The position numbers were made by a program, and so were the translations under genes. A stretch of DNA of 64,000 nucleotides from Raillietiella orientalis (taxonomy: Eukaryota), in assembly GCA_036172245.1 (NCBI GenBank), contig JAYWIR010000028.1, forward strand, positions 2,604,001-2,668,000. Direction: 5' to 3'. The notes below the pieces were generated by a model. It did no database searches. It saw only the letters and a program-made list of their open reading frames with translations, and had not been told where the DNA came from. Positions within the stretch are counted from its first letter, which is position 1. Each line of letters opens with the position of its first letter. Positions 52,101 through 64,000 of the stretch are shown here, piece after piece.

Positions 52101-53762
52101 GCCGTCTATGTCGCTCGTCGTAGCTGTTGATAGGCATTGGAATGGGTTTGAATGGTCAGAGTGGTTCAACATGGACTCGCATAGGAGTAGATACTCTAGG
52201 TAAACAGTTGGTGCTTTCCGGTGATGCAGGAAAAGAAGACACTTGGATTGCCAGCGTTCCCCGGCTGAGCCGATGCAGGTGCCCGTCGTTGGTTTCGTTT
52301 GTGTTCTGTCACCTCGCACCGTGCTCTGGAAGCTCGGATGGGGGAGAAGAATGAATGGAAGGGCTCGTCGATAAGCTGAAAGCGCTCGCAGCTTCCTGCA
52401 GGAAGGATGCTGCGCTGGCTTCGGAGTCCGAGAATTGTCGGCAAATGAAGTCGACAGTTCCGCGGGACAGCTTGGACAGAGCACGCATCCTCGAACGTGG
52501 CTGGAAATGCATGCATAAAATGCTAAACAAGGAAGGCAGCAAGACAGCGAAAGGAAAATCAGGAAGCGAAAGAAGCGCATCAGTTGGCTTCTCCAACTTC
52601 TACTACTGGCTTCGGGGACGTTGCATCGCCGACATTCAGCAGCATTTGTGCGCTAGAAGCCTGGAACGTGCACGCATACCAAGAAGCTTCAATCAATCGT
52701 ACGAAGTTTTCTTGCGGTTGGTCATTGAACGCTGCACGCCATTCGGGAATCAAAGGAAGAAGATCGGTCGTCGTCGTGCGCCATCGGATTCCTCGCCAGA
52801 TCGTGAAATCAAACGACTAACCAGTCGACAGGGTTCTGCCGAATGAGGTTGTGAGACAATCGGAAAGCGCTCGAACTGGACGTGGGATTCGTTTCCCGCG
52901 GTTCCAGCGTCGGGAACGATAACGTCTTTGGGTCGCGACACTTGCACGAGCGGCCCAAGTCCGCTGGGTCACGAGTGCTCCCGATCGCAAACCAGCTGGG
53001 ACAGCTCCCGAGGTCTGCAAGCGTCGTTCCAGCCCGATTCCCCCCAGCTCTGGTCCGGCTGCTTGCATCCTTCGTCCGCTACCTCGCCGGAGGGCTTATT
53101 CTTTTTCTCGTTTTCCCCGCGTGGCCTCTCTCGAAAGTCAGCACGAACGCCTTGGAAAGCGCTCTGAAGAATTCCATTTCCGGGGAATCGCAGGTTCGTT
53201 TCTCGGTGTGGTGCCCGCCTCGTCGCCGTGCCTCGGACGCAATGCAAAGCGACCTTGGGGCACGGGGAGCTCGAATTTGAGAAAATCGAAATGAACCACG
53301 AATACGCCAACCGGTTCGTGCCGCGAGCTCCCGGGGCTCTGCAATTGCTTCGTTTGCTTGATGCTTCGATCATTTTTCGGAAAAGTCTTCATGAAGACTT
53401 CCGGGAAACTTCCGGGTTCGTCCACCTCCCAGTTGTGCACGGACGGTCGCCACCACAAATTGGTGCAGCGACCGCAAGGCGGTCGCGCTGCGCTCGCCTG
53501 CGTGACTTTGACATGCCGAATGCTTCCAGGTCTCACCTGCATGTGGTCACCGCCCCATTTCCATGCTAGCTCGATTTCGCCAAAGCGATAAGCCGTGCGT
53601 TCGGCGGTGGCATCAGGGGTCATAGGGAACGTGGGTTGCAAGGGCACCGAAGACCAGCAACGAAAATTGGGGCACGCCTCTTGTTCTGTTAAACGTCTAC
53701 GTGCGAACGATGGGTCCCCCGAAAAATAGGAAAATATGGCGCACGTATTCCTTTCGAAAAAG
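49154..53762. repeat. Right arm (4609 bp) of the large inverted repeat
   Basis: Reverse complement of 40905-45514. Differences noticed: 40969/53698, 41584/53083, 45504/49164, and a 1-nt homopolymer indel (A6 at 45158-45163 vs T5 at 49505-49509). Confidence 0.97.
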
Positions 53763-54800
53763 AACCTTTAAGTGTAATTTTCTGACCTAATTGCTCGTCA
53801 TATGCGATTTAGGAAAGTGTGGAAACAGCTCATATTAGGGCATTGATCAAGATTGGTTTTATCTCATCTTACTGTTTTGAAGTGGTCTATTGGAGAAGTG
53901 TACAGCGTTGGGGATGTGGGCATTGTTTTTGAGCTGCCTGGAAAATTGGATGAAAGGTTTTTGAAAAGGATCATTCTCTTCGAATGATCCTCTCGTTGAA
54001 AGGGAGTAGCTTAATTGAGATAATCGTGGTTTCCTTGGTAATGTAGTGCTTTGCATAAACAGCTGCGGCTTATGTGTTATTTGATTTCAGAAATAGCATA
54101 TGTTGACAGTCAATGCCGTTGAATGTTTCTCGAAAGTAACCAGTAAACAGCCTATTGCTATTATTTGTGAGAAATACTTCCTCTGCTATTAAGACTGGCA
54201 GAAATGAAATGTTATGAAACACTGATAATTGGATGAATGTGGATATCTGTGTTAGTCGATGGCGTGTAACTTTCATTCACTGCTTGTCGGTCTTTTAACT
54301 TCAATTCTGGGAGGATAAACAGAGAAACAGCAATTGGGTGGAAAATGAAAAAGATAACATCTAAATACTTTTGTAAACGTTTTAAATTATCTTTTGTGAT
54401 TGCACACTGTGGTATAGTTTACCATTTTACTTTCGCTTCCAATGTTTTCGTTGCTCCTACAAGTACAAAATAAAAGCGTAATTTTCAAAATGCAGGTTTT
54501 GACAGTTCATCACTTGGAGAGTTGAAAGATATTGAAGCAGTGTTGCAAAATGCTTGTTAATGTGAAAGCTGGAACTGATTTTGAATACAGAGGTTTTAAA
54601 TTATTTTTAGTATAAGGGCAATTTTGAATTACATGCATGTATGAAGTTTATGGATGACAAAATATGATACAACAGATCAGGATAAAACGCTTCTTTTACA
54701 TCATGTAATAACTTGCTCAGATATGTTCTTTTCAGGAAACATACCGTCCTCATTGATGAATAACGGTGGCAATAAGCAAGCAACTGTCACCTTTATAGTT

Positions 54801-57800
54801 CTATCTCGCATCAAAAACTATTACTGGAAATAATTAAGGAAAAGTCTTTTTTCAAATGATGAAGATAACTAATTAGTCAAGTAAATTAATTCATAATTAA
54901 TTTACTCGACAATTTACGATAAATAAGCAAAGCAGAGTAAAGGATACATCGTTTGGTTCTCTTCTTATACATGATGCGATATCCACACTCACGGCATCGA
55001 ATCGGATCCCTGGCCTTAATTTCATTTTCATGATGACAGTCTAAAAAATATGGAGAAACACATTCAGATTTAAACTATGTTGAATTCGATACAGTTCAGC
55101 TTGACAGTATTTTCTCGTTTTTGGTTTTTAATGGGCTCTCCATAAAAGTCTCAAGAAGGATTTGTACGTGAATGAAACTTTCCAAACTTTTCCGAACCGA
55201 ACTTTGGAAGTTTTTTTTTTTTTTTATTTTATTTGATAGGTTCGGAATTTGTATTCACATTATCCTATTCGTCACCCTGCGTACTAATCGTTTCAATCTC
55301 TGATTTTTCACAATTCACATGATTCTCACAAAAAGAAGCATATGAAAATAACAAAGATACTGTAATAGACTAATTACCGGAAACAAAAGTTACTTTCTTC
55401 GAATGTGCTCTTAGTGCAATTCATGGAGTTTACCATTATACAATGCATGACTTTAATACCTCAGAATTCAATGTTCTTCACAAAGAACAATCTCAAAAAT
55501 AATGATTTGGGAAGCTTTTACATTCAGAAAATTCTACATCTTAGTATGTCAAACTTTTTTTGCTACTTCACAGATAAACAGTCTGTGACATTTTTGAAGG
55601 GAAGTCATTATCAATATTGACGCTATATTCATATCCCAGCAGGTATCTTTGAGAAAATTATTCAATTGCAACTGATTATACAGAGGTTGTGTTGAAAAGT
55701 TTGAACCTCCATAATTTCAGAACTTCGAATTCATAACCACTAAAGATTGTGTAACTAGCATAATTCCTCTATTCATAATTCCATTATGCTGAAGTTGGCA
55801 TTTTCGGAGCATTAGAGACTTTTCAGATCAGAAAATGTGTATTCCCCATAGCTTCTGAATGTTGTTTATAAAAGGGCATTATAGTAGAGCAACATTTACA
55901 CTACCATTCCTGGTGTTTACTTCGTCCCACTTTTCTCTCTGAATTAAAAAGTGGTACCCATATCTGATCTCCACTAACTACTTTTTGAATAATGTCATTC
56001 GCATAGTTGCTGCTGCTACAATCTTAACTTCTTTATCAAAGCTTTTCAAGCAAGTGCTGATATCTGAAGCAGCTTGGTTCGATTTGTGACCTACAGATAT
56101 TAGACAGCAGTCATATTTGCCTAAGCCATTTTGCTTACAAACTTGTTCACACAAACATTGTCCATTTCTAATTCTGTGGGATGAATGTTAACTTGATACT
56201 TATCTTCCATCGCACCCTGCCCAGTTTGTAAATTTTGAATCTTTTGGCACATACCTTTTCAACTCTTTGCTTTCTCTCGAAACATTTCAAAAAGTTGAAA
56301 ACTTTCTTGCCATTATACGTTAATCAAATAACATTTCGTGCTCCATTATTAAGCAACAAGGCAAGTTGACAGTTTCCACAGAACTACTGCATTGCAACCA
56401 CTGCATACTTTGTAATATCTGTTGCAGAACACAAGTTGACACAACATAAGAGATGCATTCCACTTAAGGGCAGCAGCCTTTCAGGGATTCCTGCATACGA
56501 AAATTACACGCATCAAGAGGCTAAATATTCCGACATACCATCAAAGACATGAAAACTCTATTCTAAACACGTTCTAAAAGTAAACTTACAAAGTGTTCTC
56601 AGAAAACTCACTTTAATTTGGGTAAAAACCTTTACTGAATTTACTCTGAAGGATTAATAACTCAAAAAAAATTTGTTTGTCTTGAAAATTAATAGACTAA
56701 CAACATGGGTTACATACAGAGTTTGTCTATTTTGCTCTGTAAACATCTGCAATGATCCACACAAAATTAATCTTTGAAACAATACAGTTCCATGCTCCCA
56801 ATTTATCAAATATCCAATATACGTTTATAAAACAGAATGGCATTGTGACTTTCTGGAATCAGAATTTCATACATGACTACCTAGCACATGTGGCCTTTTA
56901 AGCCAAACTTTTCCACACCAATAATACTTGCATCCACTCTTATGCGAAAATAATGTATAAACAGAAATTTTGCATGTTGGGAGTGTTACCTTTTTGTTTT
57001 TAACCAAAGGGTACACTTTAAAAGTTGATTCCTAAATCCTAGAAGTTAACATTTTTGTACTAGAAAACGTGTTCACTATCTTTAATAGAATTCATCATTG
57101 AATCACATTCAATTGTTTCCAATTATCTCTTTATGATGACTTCAAAATTTGGCTAAATGGTTTTCTCATATATATGTTTTTGCATGTATAATATGTCTCA
57201 TATATCATAAACGTAAATAATACCTTACCTGCATTTTTTTATGTGAATAATTAAATATTCTTTGAAACATTTCTTTTATTCTTTTTCAAATAGACCATTC
57301 TCTATCAGTGCATTTGCATCTGTACAATTTGTAGCAAAATCATATGAAAACCACTTTCAGGAAAACTATTATAGAATTCTTGAAATAATGACTATTTATC
57401 AGACCATTGGTAAAAAAAATTTACCGGGCTGAGTATAGAGTTTTTGCTAAATACATGTCATCATTTTAACAGAAAAACCAAAACGTCACAATGGAGGCTT
57501 CACATAATTTTTCCTGTAGTATGAATACTGTAGTAAATTATTTCACCCAAATACTTTTTCAGTTTTTCAACCAATGCAGTCAATAAACTGACCATGTGCA
57601 TCCTTGTCACAAATATCCATCAAATCTTGGCAAAACAATGATGCTCAGTTTGGTCACTTATTTCTATCTCATACTTCTAAATATCAAGAACTTACATAGT
57701 ACTCAAACAATAAAACTTATCCACGATTAATTCTAGATATGCATGAAGAAAAGCACCTTTTGTGGAGAACATCCTTCAAAAGGCATCACTAGAGCAGTAG

Positions 57801-58546
57801 ACATATTTGAGAAGCAATCAATAATAATACTTTGACAATGTAGTCATACATGCCGACATGATCCAACTCGAAGTTCATGAACAATTTATCATTTTGACTC
57901 TACCTTGTAAATACATAAACTCGAAACTTTCTAAACATGCAAAGAAACACCGGAACCTGGTGGCCAAACTAAAGTGCAAACAAATGTTTCCAGGCTCAGT
58001 GTGCATTTAAACTTTCAAATATGTCTCGGTAATTAGCGAAGCTGAACGCATACGCATAACCTTCATAAACAAAAAACACTTTAAAACACTTTAGAAAACA
58101 AGCTAGACTCATTTAAAGCCTGACTGCAAATACATTTGTGAATGCTGAACTTTAATCTCGTGTCCTTTTAGTTGCCTACATTGGCATACTTTAAAAGGTT
58201 AACTATTTTCGTATTCATTTCCCTTTTCCTACTTAACTTTTCAAAAACTAAACTTGTTAAGTGTTAATACCTAACATTCCGTCCACGACCAAGCAGTTGG
58301 AAATTGCAGCAATTTAACAGTCATAAACTTAATTGACTGATTTAGCATTAGGGATAATTTTCAGACTCGGAATACTCAGCTATGACAATACACGGTTCTC
58401 CAAGTAGAAAACATTTTAATTCATTATTTCTTAACGTACTAGCAATACTGAGCATGTTGTTCTGATATTCACATTGATTAATTACCTCCACAAACGTATA
58501 TCATTGGAACTTTTGCTTGAATCTGCTCTTTTTCTTGATCCATCAT
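54801..58546 (-). CDS. POLR2K: DNA-directed RNA polymerases I, II, III shared subunit RPABC4 (RPB12), 3 coding exons, 58 aa
   Basis: Exons 58546-58486, 55040-54948 and 54823-54801 splice (GT-AG) to [58 protein letters not shown], a C4 zinc ribbon. Missed by the ORF track. Confidence 0.96.
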
Positions 58547-61355
58547 TCAATTGGCCACAGACAAGCCACAACTCACTCAGCTTCATCGAAACGCAATCAG
58601 CTTATATGACACTACAGGATTGCCAAATAAACAGATATAATTGAAGTACTGCAAACACAAAAATACAATTAATTTTGTTTGCAAATATCAACAAAAAACA
58701 AATTAGCAAATATAAATTCAAGGTGAATTTTGAATTTAAATTTAAGATGTTCTAAGTCAAGAAGAAAGCACAATGCCACTGATCACCAGGTTGGCGCAAT
58801 CTCATCTAGAGTTCAGAGAATTTGGATTGGTTACCAAGAAACTCTGATAGGAGTGTAAATGTATGGAAAGGCAAGTGATTCATTAGAAACTTGGCTCAAA
58901 TTTTCGAACCAAGTACTTACCTTCAAGTTCATAAAACTGTTTACAAATTAAAGCATTCCTTGATTCAAGTCATGATGGCACATGTGGAACATTTAGGGTA
59001 TAATAGTTTAAAACACAAATGACTGTTGAGATTGATCTTTCTGTTTCTTACTATTAACTTATGGTGTGAAAATGAATTAGAAGTCCTGTTTATGCGCAAA
59101 ATATCCACACTGAGATGCTCTATTTTTGCAGACGCATGGGAAGAATCAAGACAAAAAATTGTATAAAAAAATATTTGACATGAGTGGAGGAAACAGCCAA
59201 AACTTTGGAACTTCTCACCTAAGGGCAATGATGTATTGCAAGCAAAACTCACTCGTATCATCATCTCTGAGGTATTTATAATAAAGGAAAGATCTAGAAT
59301 CCATTTATTGATTAAGAATAAGCATTTCCAGGAAATAAATACAAAAAAAAAGAAGTAACATTAAAATAAAGACGAATAAAAGTAAAAAAAATAAAGAAAA
59401 CATTTTACCATAAAAATTTAGGTAAAGAAAGCAAAATACAAGAAACCAAAAGCACGGAAAAGAAAGAACTTTCCTTTACATCAGATAAAACAACGTAAAG
59501 AAAGGTGAAAAAACTGCATCAAACTTCAACTTTTCAGGAAAGTAGGGATCTATGCTTGGAAGGATTAATATCAGATTCGCAAAACAGAATGAACATCTAC
59601 AGAAATATAGTACATCTCTGAGTTCTGCAATTAATTATATGTTTTAAAATCTTCTAATTTCAAATCAAAAGTACCTACAAGCCAATCCAGAATATATATC
59701 TATTTCTTGGATGTCTTGTATAATTTCGAAAGAATATTCTTTCTTTCAGTAAACCATATAATCTTTCGACTTTCATTATTCATGATTCAGCAAATCCTAT
59801 TGCCATTGCAAAACAGATTGTCATTATGCAATGTTTATTTTTGAGACATTAAAAACAGACTAATGTTTGATTATTAAACTGTACTACTGTTTTATTTTGT
59901 GATTTCCATGCTAATTTGCATTTAAATTTGTCACTCTTCTGATTTGAGTCTCTAAATCTTATTTACATCTTCTACTGAATGCAATTATTTGTTGTTTCGG
60001 AATGCATCAAGGGCATCACTCGGGAAATATAAAAATTCCAATAGCCCTGAGTGTCGGGACAAAATTGAAAGATCAAAATTCATCATTTAAATCCAGTTTT
60101 ATTTATAAAGCGACTCTAAATATGGTTCAATAAATAAAATTGGCTTTAGAAATGCACGATTGATGTTGCATACACATCTTTTGATGCAAGAATTAGAATC
60201 ACGATTCTTAGACGGTTGTGTATACATTTGAGAAATTAGGAAATAGTTTCGAGTAAGGAATAACAAGAAGGTACATGATCACAGGATATGTAGGTGATGC
60301 TTAGGTGCTGATTGTTTACACCGTCGTTTAATTGCATCAGCGAGGTTTTTGAACATAGCTTATTAGTCGCCAAATCACCAGTATAGGTCTTTGGCAATGG
60401 AACTGTTACTTGGTCTCTATACACGAATAGAATAAGGTTTTTTTCCTTCAGTAGGATTAGTCCAAATGGAGGATTAACCTGATAGTCAACTACATATCGA
60501 ATGACCTATATGATGGACCTATTTGGAGATAGAATGATATCAAAGTATTTTAAGCTTTTGAGTGCATACAAAAAATGCCTGGATGCCTTTAATTCCCATC
60601 TATAGATATACGGAAACGATTTGGGGGGGGGGGGGGCAAGCAAATTAAACATCAATTTCGAGTGTTTTTGGAAAAAAACGAAAACCCCAAAACAGGTGCA
60701 CATTCAGTTACCTCGAAAGATCCCTTCTAATTTTTGGTCCCAGCATCATTTTCCAATGATAGCTTATGGGATCTAGAAAACCACATTGTTCTGCCACGTC
60801 CATGCCCCATTCTGTACTTGGTTGTGTATACATTTGTGTTGTGTATTTGTCTCCTTTCAGATACGACTAATCATCCAAGAGTTAAGCACGTATCCGAATC
60901 CCTATACCTTGAAAATTCAAATATAGAGACCAACAAGTTTAACGGAAAAATTCATAAGAAATTCAGTGTATAATAGTCATCTCGGAATGGTTTAAAAGAA
61001 TCCTTGAACTATCTTACTAAGGGAAAAAGTTTGCTGGTATGACGGTCGCGGTAATTTTTGAGGTTTGTGAGATGAACGCCGAGGTGCATTTCTCGAAGTA
61101 CTTCTGTTCCTTCTGAACTTCTAAAAAATGTGTGATTAAAGTAAATAAGGTTAAACAAGAAAAGTAACGTAATGATGCAATCGCGAGGCAAGTGAAACTA
61201 CATGTAATGAATGCCGTACGGAGAATTTTTGGTTCTTTTATTTTGTTCCAATATGAGTTGTCAAGCTGCTATGCTACAATTTGAAAACCATTGTTTTGTT
61301 ACATATCGGTGCCCCAAGAACTAGTTTTAGCCCTAAATTAATGAGTGTGTTGCAG

Positions 61356-62413
61356 ATGAATAGTGAGATGGTCACGACAACTTTAGGGAACAATGAGCTT
61401 GACATCAATAAACTGAAAAGCTTATTACCATGTATACCAATAAATCATGCTATTATACATGTTAAATCCGGAAGTAAGATAAGAAATTTGATAAAGTATG
61501 CCTTAAAAATGATAAATCAGTGCTCGGTACTTTGGTTTGGGAAAGGTACTGCTTTGTGTAAGGCCATAACTTGTGCAGAAATATTGAATCTAACAAAAGA
61601 AAATGTCATGCAAATTTCCAGAATTTTTTATGAAAAGTAAAACTTCGTTGGTGTTTTGATTCATAAATGATATTATATTTAGTAGAATTGAGGATACATG
61701 TATTTGCAAATATAAATTCAATCCAGCAAACGTAGCCAAAAAAATACCAGCCATCATTATTATCTCATCTTTGGATCGTCTTGATTCAACAGATCCAAGG
61801 TAAGTTCATTTTCAATATGTAGTACGTGTATCTCCAAATGCACACAGAATAGGAACTGTTACTGTCATGCAGGAGATGTTTGTTTGAAATAATTAAAGCA
61901 AGAAAATTTGAAATTTATTAGAAAAGTAGGAATAAAGAGCAACAAATATGTTCTACCAAATACTGTAAAATTACTAATTGTGGATTTTTTTGTGTGTTTA
62001 CTGAAGTTTGTGTGGTTAAATTAGCTAAGAAACAATTTTGCAGCCATAAAAATGCCATCAAAAGCTATTGAATGTCAAGGTGCAACTGGTTTTATCAGTC
62101 ATGTGAATTTTTATTTTTTGCTTGTTTAGGAAATTAAGATAACCAAAATCAAACCATGTTATTAAAAGAATTGGATTTGTTAAGCAGTGTTTTTTTTTTT
62201 TTTTAAAGTATATCATTAGAAGATCAGAGATCATGATAGTCCATGAAATTTGTCTTTTTTAGCTATCAAGGTCCCAATTCTACACCATGGGACTATTTGT
62301 CTTCAGAAATTCCCCAAGGCATCAAAATTAATTATCAGGATTTGCAGAGTTCAGGACTGAGAAAAATAAGCAGGAAAGAAAAACACCACAGAGCACATAA
62401 AGCACAAAAATAA
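61356..62413 (+). CDS. RPP25L: Ribonuclease P/MRP subunit p25-like (Alba-domain) protein, 3 coding exons; start codon uncertain
   Basis: Exons 61356-61636, 61686-61799 and 62263-62413 give ...IHVKSGSKIRNLIKYAL...VLWFGKGTALCKAITCAEIL...QISRIFYEKIED...KKIPAIIIISSLDRLDSTDPSYQGP..., matching Rpp25 motifs (VK.GSKIRNL; KAITCAEILK; LS...LD....GYQ.P). An acceptor TTGCAG lies immediately before the ATG. Confidence 0.88.
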
Positions 62414-64000
62414 ACTTTGATGTAAAATTCAGATATATGTGTTTAGTTTGTGTTTTGATGTGTTAGAGAAATCTAAAATCAGACATGAAACCAGTTTTTG
62501 CCAGGATGCTTGTTTTCCAGTAGAATATCTAGCTTGTGGAACACATAGTTTGCAGTATTCACTAGTCAAGGTTAATTTAATAATAGTTTAATTGTCATTA
62601 AGATCTCTATCATGGATAATATAATGTAGTGTAGTTTGCTTTCTTCCCCCATTGGTAGATTTTCAGAAATTTAGAGTTCTCATTGCTATAATTTTCCTTT
62701 ATAAAGGATTATGCTAGTCTTTCTTAATAAAACATCTTCATAAGGCTAGGTAGTTGAGTAATTCATGCACAAAAAGTGTTGAAGATTGTTATATCAGCAG
62801 ACTTTGGGTGAATTCTTTGCATGATTTGTTATAATCAGTGTCTATAATCAACCAATAGCTAATTGGTATTCAAGTGACACATGGATTTATGTTTTTGTTG
62901 TTGTTATTGTTTTCCTAGAATGTTCTGCAATATTGTTTGACTTGAAAACTATGCCCCAAACAATTTTTCCAAAAACGGCTTTGGCAAACATGATTTTTAC
63001 ATGATATCTGCAATGCAAATTTTTTGCAAAGAAAATAGCCAGTGATCAGGTTTCTTTTGTTTTTGTGTATCAAGTACATTTCAAATTCGCCGTTGTAAGA
63101 AACAATGCACAACATGAAATGCAAATTCTAGCAATGTTCTCTTATGATTTTATTCTACAGTGGTGGATATATTAATTTTGGATGACTTCTATTTATTGAC
63201 ATAAGTCAAAGAATATTTACAATCCGTACAACATGCTTTATACATTCGCCGCACCTTATTCGGGGACATTGTAAATGCGACATAAATATTACACCTCATC
63301 CACATTGTATGACAAACGTCTCTATAAAGTTAGTGATCTCGGGTGTTGTGCGTCAGACCTCAGCAGAAATAAGGATCAGGTAGATATAATGTAATTTTGT
63401 TCAGTTTTAAAAGACCTCATAAGCCCATTTCACACTATCTGCAACAGACGGTAACCGTTTGAATATTTTGGAATTCCTGTCCAGCTGCGCCCAATTGAAT
63501 CAATGACTGTAAATTTTCGTTTGACTATTGCCGAATTTGCACAGCACATCCGCGAAGCATTACAAGTTCCAAGGGTTTAAGCATGCTGGGGTTTCTAGGA
63601 TCTTCTTCCATGGAAAAAAAAAGGGGAAAAAATAACCTTACGCAGAAGTGGAACCAAGGATTTCACAAACGGAAGTTTCCGTCCAATATTCATAACTTTC
63701 ATAGTCGCAAAACGGGCATTACTGCACAAGGATTTCATATGATTTATTTCCCTGTAAAAGGAAATGGAAATCAGCTAGCTGAGTAAAGTCTTAGCTTTTT
63801 TGTTCTCCATTCAGTTTAGCAGTATGCTCTAAGTATTGCATACTATTAAACTGAATCAACATGAGAACCAATAACATGAATTTCTCTTAATATAAATCTT
63901 CTGCTCTGACAGCATAGTTGGTTAAGCTGCTAAAACGTGCCCTAACTTGTGGATTGGAGTAATTTATCAAGTAATTATTCTAATATTAGCTGAGTTTCAT

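Noticed and set aside
55041..58485. Nested gene or snoRNA in the 3.4-kb POLR2K intron
   Set aside because: Candidate frames contain stops, and I found no convincing C/D or H/ACA structure by eye.
46873..62413. Functional cluster (PDRG1 polymerase-assembly chaperone, POLR2K, RPP25L)
   Set aside because: Three housekeeping genes on mixed strands. Adjacency is readily explained by chance without synteny data.
1..64000. CRISPR arrays, rRNA, prokaryotic operons or defence systems
   Set aside because: The sequence is spliced eukaryotic DNA, with no repeat-spacer arrays or rRNA-like sequence.

Overview
Eukaryotic invertebrate genomic DNA. Very short introns (37-54 nt) with TTTCAG-like acceptors suggest a nematode-like animal, but this is inference. 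The window holds four recognisable protein-coding genes. (1) A minus-strand class XVIII myosin (MYO18A/Mhcl-like: PDZ, motor, IQ, coiled coil) starts at 33926, runs off the left edge and has two ~11 kb introns. (2) PDRG1 is intronless at 46873-47277 (-). (3) POLR2K/RPB12 has three coding exons at 54801-58546 (-). (4) An RPP25/Alba-family gene has three coding exons at 61356-62413 (+). The most unusual elements are a very GC-rich, intronless, disrupted Jagged/Delta N-terminal (signal peptide + MNNL/C2) copy capped by a perfect 14-bp GC hairpin (~38640-39270), and a near-perfect 4.6-kb inverted repeat (40905-45514 / 49154-53762) enclosing PDRG1. There is also a candidate alternative exon that could give a motor-less myosin-18 isoform, a decayed non-LTR retrotransposon 3' end, and a 250-bp dispersed repeat. 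All exon coordinates were derived by hand. GC and CpG statements are visual estimates.
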